From Candidatus Woesearchaeota archaeon (lineage in GTDB: Archaea > Nanobdellota > Nanobdellia > Woesearchaeales > 0-14-0-80-44-23), in assembly GCA_038874135.1 (NCBI GenBank), contig JAVZCZ010000001.1, positions 736,001-800,000 of the forward strand: 64,000 nucleotides of DNA, given 5' to 3'. Each line of letters starts with the position of its first letter. Positions within the stretch are counted from its first letter, which is position 1. Both the position numbers and the translations under genes were made by a program. This document shows, one piece after another, positions 1 through 7,999 of this stretch. Under the pieces are notes generated by a model. It searched no databases, was not told the DNA's origin, and saw only the letters and a list, made by a program, of their open reading frames with translations.

Positions 1-554
1 AATATAAATATCATCACAGCAGATACTGCCAGGACTGAGCCCATCTTGATAGTGTTTAAAAAGGAATAAAGCTTCTGTTCCTGAAATCCGAGCACTGAAG
101 ATACAGATATGCCCGATAGGCAGTCTATAACTGCACTTACAGCGCCTATTATTATAACTGCAAGCGCAACATCAAAGCTAGGAATAGCTGTTTTCCTAGA
201 CAAGTAGTATGTTATAATCTGTTTAGAAAAAATTATTGTTAAAATTGTGGCAAAAATTCCTATGGCTAACTGGGCTCTTACAGTAGTTAAAATTGCTGCC
301 TTTATAAGCCCCTTTCTTCCTTGCGCTTTAAACTTTGGTATGAAATGAATTAGCGAGTTGCTAAGACCGAGCTCTCTAACTACTGCAATTATTCCGAGTA
401 GGTCCAAGGTTGCGTAGAAGAGCCCAATCTCAACGATGGGAATGTTTCTATCATATATTATTCTTACGAGATAACTCAAAGGTGCTGAGATAAACATCAT
501 AAGGAAGTGCCAGAAAAATCCTGAAATCGCCCTTTTTTTGTATTCAGCATTCAT
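1..554 (-). CDS. Polysaccharide/oligosaccharide flippase (Wzx/MATE-like), 3' end outside window
   Basis: Manual translation from ATG at 554 (MNAEYKKRAISGFFWHFLMMFISAPLSYLVRIIY...GLFYA...ELGLSNSLIHFIPKF) is open to the window edge; multiple TM helices; divergent from aglB. Confidence 0.75.
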   Translation of the reverse strand, partial: MNAEYKKRAISGFFWHFLMMFISAPLSYLVRIIYDRNIPIVEIGLFYATLDLLGIIAVVRELGLSNSLIHFIPKFKAQGRKGLIKAAILTTVRAQLAIGIFATILTIIFSKQIITYYLSRKTAIPSFDVALAVIIIGAVSAVIDCLSGISVSSVLGFQEQKLYSFLNTIKMGSVLAVSAVMIFI

Positions 555-660
555 ACTTTAAGATGTAAATTATGATCTGTTTTAAAACATTTGTTTTCAA
601 TTGAACCAAATATTGGTAATATTTATAAATTAACTGTTTTATCACATAGCGGGGTGAGTT

Positions 661-3492
661 ATGTCTGAAGAAGAACCCTTTGCAGGAGAAGAAAATTTGC
701 AGGAAGAACCTTCACGAGATTCAGAGGTATTAAAAGAAGACAGCGAAACTGAAAAAGAGGACAAAAAGTCAGAAGGTAAGGAGATTTCTCACAGCAAAAA
801 AAATCACATATCAAAAAAAGAAAGAAAACATCCTTCTGAGGAAAACGATGAGGCTGACACTGAGGAAGTAAAGATTGACTGGCACAGAATCTACTCAACA
901 TTTAAACAGCCTTGGCTTTGGGCGTTTCTAATTCTTATTCCTCTAGTTCTTACAATTGCAATTCGCATTCAGCCAAACAAGTTAGACATAACCAGAGACT
1001 GGGCGCAGAGCACTGTTTATAACTATTATAAGAATATGCTGGCACAGCAGATAGCCCAGCAATTCCCAAACCTTCCCGAAGCAAATAGGGCAGCCTTTGT
1101 GGATCAGCAGTTTCAGTCCTTCCTAAAATCTAATTCTGCACTTATCACCATGCAGGTAGACCAGACTGCAAACTATTTCAAGTCTAAGCTGCAGTATGAT
1201 TCAAACGGCACGCAGTATACCTATCTCGGAGATTTGGACTCTTACTACTTCTTGCGATATGCTGATAACTACCTCGCAAACGGAATGCAGGCAGACGAGA
1301 TAAGAAACGGAACCTACTGGGACAACCACATGTTAGCTCCAATAGGAACGCCGATGACTCCAACGCTCCACCCATATGTTATAGCTTGGCTTTATAAAAT
1401 ACTCAAAATCTTCCAGCCCAAAATGACTACTATGCAGGCATCTTTCTATGTGCCACTAGTTTGCGCCATAATAGCAGCAATAGTAGCTTTCATGATAGGA
1501 AAGCGCCTTTTCGGAAACCTCGCTGGACTAGCAGTTTCAGTCCTCTTAGCTGTAAATCCAATGTTCCTTAGTAGAACAATGGGCTCGGACACTGATGTAT
1601 ACAATGTGATGTTTCCACTACTCATAATCTGGATGATAATAGAAGCCCTGAATGCAGAGCAGAAGTGGCAGAAAATCCTGTTTGCAGTTCTTTCAGGAAT
1701 GTTTGTAGGAATTTTTGCATTGGCCTGGATGGGCTGGTGGTTCATATTTGACTTCCTCACAGCAGCTTTTGGGATCTACATAGCATATTTGCTAATCTTT
1801 GAAGTGAAAAAATCAAAAAAGAAGGCGTTAAGCAGCTTAGCACAAACAGCATTAGTACTCAGCATTTTTATTCTATCCTCATTTACTTTCACATCAATAA
1901 TAATAGGAGCGAAAAACTTTTCAGCAATTATAAAAGGACCTTTTGAAGTTATGGGCCTTAAGAATGTGGCTCATTCCACATACTGGCCAAATGTGTATTT
2001 GACAGTTGCAGAGCTTAACCCCGGAAGCATTGACACAATAGTTGGAGTTATGGGCGGTGCAAGCTTGGGAATCTTATTTGCAATACTTGCAATTTTAGGA
2101 GTTGTGCTCTTCACAATCTTGCACTTTGTTGATATTCCAATATTAAAGGGCTACAAAAAGTCGCACCACAACTTGATACTGCCGATCCTGCTAATAATAT
2201 GGTTTTTCGGAACTGCATACGCAACTTACAAAGGAGTGAGATTTGCACTTCTCTTTGTTCCAGCATTTGCCCTTGCAGCGGGTCTCGGCATAGGAATACT
2301 ATTTGAAATGATACTTCAAGTACTCTCTAATGCAAAGGTGCACAAATTATTCTCTTACTTGATTATAGCTATACTTTTAGTAGGGCTTATGATTCCTCAA
2401 ATAAAGATGGGCTATGCAACTGGAAGGGCCTATGTGCCTTCCATGAATGACGCCTGGTATGACGCACTTTCAAAGATAAAACAGGATTCTGCCCAAAACG
2501 CTATAATAAACTCATGGTGGGACTTCGGACACTGGTTCAAATATGTGGCTGATAGGGCTGTAACCGCTGACGGGGCCTCTCAGAATAGCCCGCAGGCATA
2601 CTGGCTGGGCAGGATACTAGTTACAGACAATGAGGACGAAGCAATTGCTATATTAAAAATGTTAGATTGCGGCTCAAACACTGCGTTTGAGATAATAGAT
2701 AAAAAATATAATGATACCCTAACTTCTATAGCGATACTCCGAAGCGCACTTATGCTTAACAGGAGCGAAGCCAGAAAGTATCTCTCCAACTATTTGGAAT
2801 CAGAAGATGTTGAAAGGGTAATGCAGGCAATGGACTGCACACCCCCAGAAGACTACTTCATAACAAGTGGAGACATGGTAGGCAAAGCAGGAGTTTGGGC
2901 ACATTTTGGACTTTGGGATTTTGAAAAGGCAAAGCTTCTGCTAAATGTTAAAAGCTCAAACTTTTCGTATGTAAATTCTTATCTCAGCAGCAAGAATTAT
3001 AGCGAGTCGCAAATACAACAACTCATTTACAACATCACATCACTTCCAGATACAAGGTATGAAGAATCATGGATATCTCCATGGCCTTCATACATAACTC
3101 AAGGCTACTGCACAAGCCAGAGTGAGAACACAACCTCGTGCAGCTTCAATTTTAACGACCAGCAACTATTATTAGTAATAAACTGGAGCGACACTCCCAA
3201 AACTTTCATATCCACTGGCAAAAATCCAATCACCCCATACTCTCTCGTTTATGTTGAAAATGCATCTTTGAAAGAAGTGAAATACGCCCAGCCAGGATTC
3301 CAATACTCAGTAGTTTACACGCCCGACAATACAGCCGTAATCTGCTCACCTGAGCTTGCCAAAAGCATTTTCACACGCCTGTTCTTTCTCGGCGGAGCAG
3401 GCTTAAACCACTTTAAACTCTTTGACCACGAGAGGGAGCTCACAGGTTCAGAGATATATGTCTGGAAGATTGATTGGGGAGAACACAAATAA
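661..3492 (+). CDS. aglB: Oligosaccharyltransferase AglB (STT3 family)
   Basis: DLDSYY, SRTMGSDTD, TVAEL, WWDFG (WWDYG variant) and DMVGK motifs; many TM helices; GGGGTGA RBS at 651-657. Confidence 0.95.
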   Translation: MSEEEPFAGEENLQEEPSRDSEVLKEDSETEKEDKKSEGKEISHSKKNHISKKERKHPSEENDEADTEEVKIDWHRIYSTFKQPWLWAFLILIPLVLTIAIRIQPNKLDITRDWAQSTVYNYYKNMLAQQIAQQFPNLPEANRAAFVDQQFQSFLKSNSALITMQVDQTANYFKSKLQYDSNGTQYTYLGDLDSYYFLRYADNYLANGMQADEIRNGTYWDNHMLAPIGTPMTPTLHPYVIAWLYKILKIFQPKMTTMQASFYVPLVCAIIAAIVAFMIGKRLFGNLAGLAVSVLLAVNPMFLSRTMGSDTDVYNVMFPLLIIWMIIEALNAEQKWQKILFAVLSGMFVGIFALAWMGWWFIFDFLTAAFGIYIAYLLIFEVKKSKKKALSSLAQTALVLSIFILSSFTFTSIIIGAKNFSAIIKGPFEVMGLKNVAHSTYWPNVYLTVAELNPGSIDTIVGVMGGASLGILFAILAILGVVLFTILHFVDIPILKGYKKSHHNLILPILLIIWFFGTAYATYKGVRFALLFVPAFALAAGLGIGILFEMILQVLSNAKVHKLFSYLIIAILLVGLMIPQIKMGYATGRAYVPSMNDAWYDALSKIKQDSAQNAIINSWWDFGHWFKYVADRAVTADGASQNSPQAYWLGRILVTDNEDEAIAILKMLDCGSNTAFEIIDKKYNDTLTSIAILRSALMLNRSEARKYLSNYLESEDVERVMQAMDCTPPEDYFITSGDMVGKAGVWAHFGLWDFEKAKLLLNVKSSNFSYVNSYLSSKNYSESQIQQLIYNITSLPDTRYEESWISPWPSYITQGYCTSQSENTTSCSFNFNDQQLLLVINWSDTPKTFISTGKNPITPYSLVYVENASLKEVKYAQPGFQYSVVYTPDNTAVICSPELAKSIFTRLFFLGGAGLNHFKLFDHERELTGSEIYVWKIDWGEHK

Positions 3493-3507
3493 GTTCCTCA
3501 GTTTATC

Positions 3508-4215
3508 ATGAAGACGGCAGACCTAAAAAGGAACTTGAAATCCAGAGTAGCGATAGTAGTTCCAGCATATAATGAGGAGAAGGCAATAGGAAATGTGCTT
3601 TCTTCTTTAAAGAGGGCGGGCTACAAGCAAATACTCGTAGTAGATGACGGAAGTACTGATAGCACATCTGTCATTGCAGAAAAACACGGAGCAATCCTCC
3701 TTAGGCATTTAATAAACAGAGGATTGGGAGGAGCTCTCGCTACGGGAATAAAAGGCGCTTTAAAACTTACAGACGCTTCTGTCATAGTAACATTTGATGC
3801 AGACGGCCAGCACGCTGTGGAAGACATTGAGCGCCTTGTAAAGCCAATATTCAATGGAGATGCAGATGTAGTTATAGGCTCCCGCCTTATTAATCCTAAA
3901 GGAATGCCCCTCCTTCGCAGAATTGGAAACTGGGAATTGAATGTGCTCACCTTCCTGCTCTTCGGCAGGATGGTTACCGATTCACAATCCGGCTTAAGAG
4001 CATTTTCTAGAAAGGCAGCAGCCCAGCTTGAAATAACCTCAAACAGGATGGAGGTAAGCTCGGAAATAATAGGAAGGATAACTGAAAAGAAACTCAGATT
4101 AAAGGAGGTTCCAATAAGGGCAATTTATACTGATTACTCGCTCAGTAAGGGGCAGAGCATATTCAACGGATTCAGAATAATATTCAAGCTGCTTATAAAG
4201 TGGATAACCAGCTAA
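3508..4215 (+). CDS. GT2 glycosyltransferase, dolichol-phosphate mannose synthase-like
   Basis: VPAYNEE, VVDDGSTD, NRGLGGAL, TFDADGQH, VIGSR, DSQSGLRA motifs. Confidence 0.9.
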   Translation: MKTADLKRNLKSRVAIVVPAYNEEKAIGNVLSSLKRAGYKQILVVDDGSTDSTSVIAEKHGAILLRHLINRGLGGALATGIKGALKLTDASVIVTFDADGQHAVEDIERLVKPIFNGDADVVIGSRLINPKGMPLLRRIGNWELNVLTFLLFGRMVTDSQSGLRAFSRKAAAQLEITSNRMEVSSEIIGRITEKKLRLKEVPIRAIYTDYSLSKGQSIFNGFRIIFKLLIKWITS

Positions 4216-4235
4216 CCCGATTGGAGGTGTAAAAA

Positions 4236-4577
4236 ATGTGGCTCTTGTACGTTTTGGTCAGCATATTCGTATTATTTGCCTGGAGCAGGGCGCTACACAG
4301 GTTCAGAGAGCGAAAAATACAGCTAAACCAGTTCATATTCTGGACGATAATCTGGACGGGAATACTCTGCGCAGTATTCTTCCAAGGCTGGACAGTCTGG
4401 CTTTCTTCTCTCCTGGGAATTGGAAGGGGCTCTGACCTCATCGTTTATGTAAGCGTGGTGCTACTATTCTACCTACTCTTCCGCTTATATGTTAAGACAG
4501 AAAAAATAGAACAAGAAATAACAAAGATAACAAGCTATCTTGCTATTGAAAGAGCAAAAATTTCAAAGAAAAAATAA
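4236..4577 (+). CDS. DUF2304-like small membrane protein (usual GT2 partner)
   Basis: Three TM segments, LGIGRGSDL motif, C-terminal IEQEITKIT coil; directly after GT2; GGAGGTG RBS. Confidence 0.75.
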   Translation: MWLLYVLVSIFVLFAWSRALHRFRERKIQLNQFIFWTIIWTGILCAVFFQGWTVWLSSLLGIGRGSDLIVYVSVVLLFYLLFRLYVKTEKIEQEITKITSYLAIERAKISKKK

Positions 4578-4581
4578 AGAT

Positions 4582-5682
4582 TTATTTTTCATAATTCTTC
4601 TCATAATCTTTACTGATTATACTGATTATCTTCTTAGCAGCATTTCCATCTCCAAGGGGATTCTTCCAGTTCCTATTGCGAGCCAGCATCTCTAATGCGG
4701 CATTCAGGATGCCTTCAGGATTCGTGCCCCCTATCATGTTAGCCCCAGCTTCAACAGTCTCAGGCCTTTCTGTTGAGGTGCGCATTGTCACGCAAGGCAC
4801 TCTCAATATGCAAGCCTCTTCCTGGACTCCTCCCGAATCAGTAAGTATGAGCCGTGCGTTTTTTTCAAGAGCCAAAAAGTCCAAAAAGCCAACAGGCTCT
4901 ATAACCTTCACTCCTTCAGGAATCTTAAGTTGAAACTCTTCAATCTTTCTCTTGGTTCTAGGATGGATTGGAAACACAACTGGCAAACCAATGTGCTTCT
5001 GAACAGCGTCAACCCCTTCCAGCATTCCCTTTAAGATGTCTCTGAATTCTACACTCTCTTGCCTGTGCATCGTGACAAGCAGGTACGCGCCAGGTTCAAG
5101 CCCTAAATCTTTAAGAATACTCTCATCTGCAAGCTCAACATTCTGAAGAACAGAATCTACGATGGTGTTTCCAGTAACGAAAATCCGCTCCCTAGGAATT
5201 CCCTCACGCCTCAGAAGTTTTTTTTCCAAGATGTTAGGTGCAAACAAGTATGTTGAACAGTGATCAGCTAAAACCCTGTTAAGCTCCTCAGGCATCCTCT
5301 CATCATAATTTCTTAATCCAGCTTCAACATGTCCAACCTTTATGTTAAGCTTCCTGGCAGCAATTGCCCCCGCAGCAACAGTGTTGGTGTCACCCTGAAC
5401 TAATACAACATCAGGCCTTTCAGATTCAAAGATTGGGCCTACCTTTTCCATAATCTTAGCAGTCTGCGCATACCCTGGCAGAGATCCAACTTCAAGATTA
5501 TAATTAGCATCCGGAAGCTCCAGCTGTTCAAAGAATAGCCTATCCATATTATAAGAGTAATGCTGCCCTGAGTGCACTACAAAATAATCAATACCTCTTC
5601 TTATGCACTCCCTTATGACTGGAGCCATCTTTATAATTTCAGGCCTAGTTCCAAGAACGATGCACACTTTCATTTTTGACAA
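4582..5682 (-). CDS. wecB: UDP-N-acetylglucosamine 2-epimerase (non-hydrolysing)
   Basis: GTRPEIIKMAP, SGQHY, QGDTNT, HVEAGLR, PEELNR, TDSGGVQEEA, TERPE motifs; true start probably ATG at 5673. Confidence 0.95.
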   Translation of the reverse strand: MSKMKVCIVLGTRPEIIKMAPVIRECIRRGIDYFVVHSGQHYSYNMDRLFFEQLELPDANYNLEVGSLPGYAQTAKIMEKVGPIFESERPDVVLVQGDTNTVAAGAIAARKLNIKVGHVEAGLRNYDERMPEELNRVLADHCSTYLFAPNILEKKLLRREGIPRERIFVTGNTIVDSVLQNVELADESILKDLGLEPGAYLLVTMHRQESVEFRDILKGMLEGVDAVQKHIGLPVVFPIHPRTKRKIEEFQLKIPEGVKVIEPVGFLDFLALEKNARLILTDSGGVQEEACILRVPCVTMRTSTERPETVEAGANMIGGTNPEGILNAALEMLARNRNWKNPLGDGNAAKKIISIISKDYEKNYEK

Positions 5683-5697
5683 AAAGTTCGGTGCGTG

Positions 5698-6810
5698 TTA
5701 TAAAGCTTTTGATTTCGTAAAAAGCCTTCTTGCAAATTTTAGGAGCTTAGGCTCTCGGAGCAAGGCGCTAAATCCTAATGCAAGCATGGAATCCCTGCTT
5801 TTCATTTTAAAAAGCTTTCTAAGTTTTTTACCTTCCAGCATTCCAAAAAGCTCATCCAGTTCAGCATTGCTACAATTATCCATTATCCTTCTTACAATCA
5901 GAGAAGCATACAAATCCGGAAAAACTCTTGCAAGATACCTGGCAGTATAGCCGTAAGGATTATAAAAGTCCATAAAGGATTTTGAAAGCTCCTCAGCACT
6001 TCTGAGCCCAGGTATTATTCCGCCAAGCGTAGTCGCCTTAACCTGAAGTGCAGCATCTCCAACCAGGAAGACCCTTCCCCTCTGAACCGGCTGTAGCGGA
6101 CTGAACTTCGGAATTAGAGACGCCTTAAGCCCGCGCACCTGTCTCCTTCCAAGCATCTTCTTACAGAAAGCTTTAAACTTGTGTTTAGCATTTTCCTCAA
6201 AAGCCACACCCAATAAAACTCTTTCCTCATTTAAAGGCACAATCCAGGATAGCCCTCCCTGCTCAGGCCAGAAGAGTATTTCATTCTCATTCTTTAGCTT
6301 AGCTTCAACCTGTATTCCCGTATAAAACTTTCTACTTCCATAAATTCCAGCAAGCTTGGCAACTTCTGAGAAGGGCCCATCTGCACCAATCACGTAGTCA
6401 GCCCTAAAGGTAAATTTCTTTCCCTGAAAGCTGCGCATCCTAAGCAGGAAACTCCTCCCAGCCAGGTTCCAGCCATCAAACCTTGTGCCAAGATAATACT
6501 CTGCTCCTGCAAGTGCTGCCCTCTCAGAAAGCCACAGGTCAAATTCAACCCTGTCAAGCACAAAATTCTTTGCAAGAGAAATCTTAAACTCTCTTCCTGA
6601 AGGAGAGAAAATTCTTGTGCCTTCAATCCGGTTGATAATAAGCCGTTTGGGCACATCCAATATGTTTTTTATATCTTCAGATACGAGGCCAGTGCACTCC
6701 AGCTTTCCAATTCTCTTCTTCTCTTCAAAAACTTGAACCTTAAAACCGTTCTTTGCCAGCAGGTATGCTAAATGGCTACCCGAGGGTCCAGCGCCTATTA
6801 TGGCTATCAT
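5698..6810 (-). CDS. Geranylgeranyl reductase-family FAD oxidoreductase
   Basis: GAGPSG Rossmann motif, DRVEFD, GADGPFS, WIVP, LVGDAA..VKATTLGGI. Confidence 0.85.
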   Translation of the reverse strand: MIAIIGAGPSGSHLAYLLAKNGFKVQVFEEKKRIGKLECTGLVSEDIKNILDVPKRLIINRIEGTRIFSPSGREFKISLAKNFVLDRVEFDLWLSERAALAGAEYYLGTRFDGWNLAGRSFLLRMRSFQGKKFTFRADYVIGADGPFSEVAKLAGIYGSRKFYTGIQVEAKLKNENEILFWPEQGGLSWIVPLNEERVLLGVAFEENAKHKFKAFCKKMLGRRQVRGLKASLIPKFSPLQPVQRGRVFLVGDAALQVKATTLGGIIPGLRSAEELSKSFMDFYNPYGYTARYLARVFPDLYASLIVRRIMDNCSNAELDELFGMLEGKKLRKLFKMKSRDSMLALGFSALLREPKLLKFARRLFTKSKAL

Positions 6811-6890
6811 GTTTTTTCTGTTTATCCGCCGTTTTTATATTTTTTCCCATTCTCTCCATCAGGTTTCGGATGTTCTTCAAAAGCAAAAGG

Positions 6891-6904
6891 GAAAGATTTA
6901 TATA
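6891..6904 (+). promoter_or_regulatory. Putative BRE/TATA promoter (GAAAGATTTATATA)
   Basis: Archaeal purine-rich BRE plus TTTATATA upstream of ORF 6964; the same 14-mer occurs at 10374-10387. Confidence 0.6.
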
Positions 6905-6963
6905 CAAGACATATTTTTTTTATTAAAGAGTAGTAACAAAAGTTACCATTTGGGGGTGTCAGA

Positions 6964-7992
6964 ATGAATATTGCAAAACTCTTACAAAAACTATCAAAAA
7001 ATAAATCAGAAACTGTGCCAGAAATAAAATTAACACCTACCGAGAAGATAAAAAAATACCTCATACTACACCCTAAAGTTGCTAAATCCATAGCTATCGC
7101 CACAGCTGCCGCAATTCTTGCAGGAGGCACCATAACCGGATTCTACCTTGGCAGAAAAACAAGCACAAGCCAACCGACAAATAACACAAATATAGAACAA
7201 AATATGAGCAAAAAACCAACCTCAACAATTGAAGAGCTTATAGGATTTAATGAAGGATACTCCACCAAAATAAACAGCCAAGAAGAGGACTCATTCTCAA
7301 GATACTCACCAATATTCCAAAGCTTCCTATCCCCCGATTATGCAAAAAAGATAACTTCTGAAATAAAAGGGCTTGAACACTTAGCAATACTTTACGATGG
7401 TAAACTTGAAAATGGCGAAGTAAAAGAAGTACTATTTGTAAATGACGGAAGACCTTACAACCTCGTATACAAGATATCAGACAAAAATGGAAAAATATCT
7501 TATGGATTTGAAGAGATAGGCAAAGCAGAAGCGGACAAGCTGGAAAGCATAATAAAAAAAGATGCTGAGGATAAGGTTGAAAAACTCTTTAGCAAGGATA
7601 CAATATACTTCAATGCAGACTTCCTAAAGGCGGTAATCAATGGTGAGGGTGGTGAAGGAAGGCTCCAGTCAAGATTAACAGTGTTCACACACGCACTTGC
7701 CCACAGCCCAGTAAACAGCGAAAAGCTCTATAAAATCTCAGACCAGCTCAGACAATGGGCAGACTCCAACATTCTAGACGGAGAAATAAGCTATGCAAAA
7801 CTTGAAAGAAAAAAAGACGGCACCGGCACATTCTACCTCGGCATAACTGACCCTGATGGAATTACAACTGAGATAAAGACCCCCTATGATAACAAGGACT
7901 ACTTCAACGACTTGTACAGAGTACTCAAGATAGTTGCCAAAGACTACCAGTTTAGACATCCAAACGAAAACATAGAAAACTATCAAAGGTGA
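6964..7992 (+). CDS. Hypothetical protein with single N-proximal TM anchor
   Basis: 342 aa ORF, hydrophobic stretch SIAIATAAAILAGGTITGFYLG, GGGGGTG RBS; family not recognised. Confidence 0.7.
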   Translation: MNIAKLLQKLSKNKSETVPEIKLTPTEKIKKYLILHPKVAKSIAIATAAAILAGGTITGFYLGRKTSTSQPTNNTNIEQNMSKKPTSTIEELIGFNEGYSTKINSQEEDSFSRYSPIFQSFLSPDYAKKITSEIKGLEHLAILYDGKLENGEVKEVLFVNDGRPYNLVYKISDKNGKISYGFEEIGKAEADKLESIIKKDAEDKVEKLFSKDTIYFNADFLKAVINGEGGEGRLQSRLTVFTHALAHSPVNSEKLYKISDQLRQWADSNILDGEISYAKLERKKDGTGTFYLGITDPDGITTEIKTPYDNKDYFNDLYRVLKIVAKDYQFRHPNENIENYQR

Positions 7993-7999
7993 TTGAAAA

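Noticed and set aside
6822-7133. Assorted short track ORFs antisense to long genes (e.g. 6822-7133, 58134-58535, 40634-41107)
   Set aside because: They overlap better-supported genes on the opposite strand, with no motifs or RBS support
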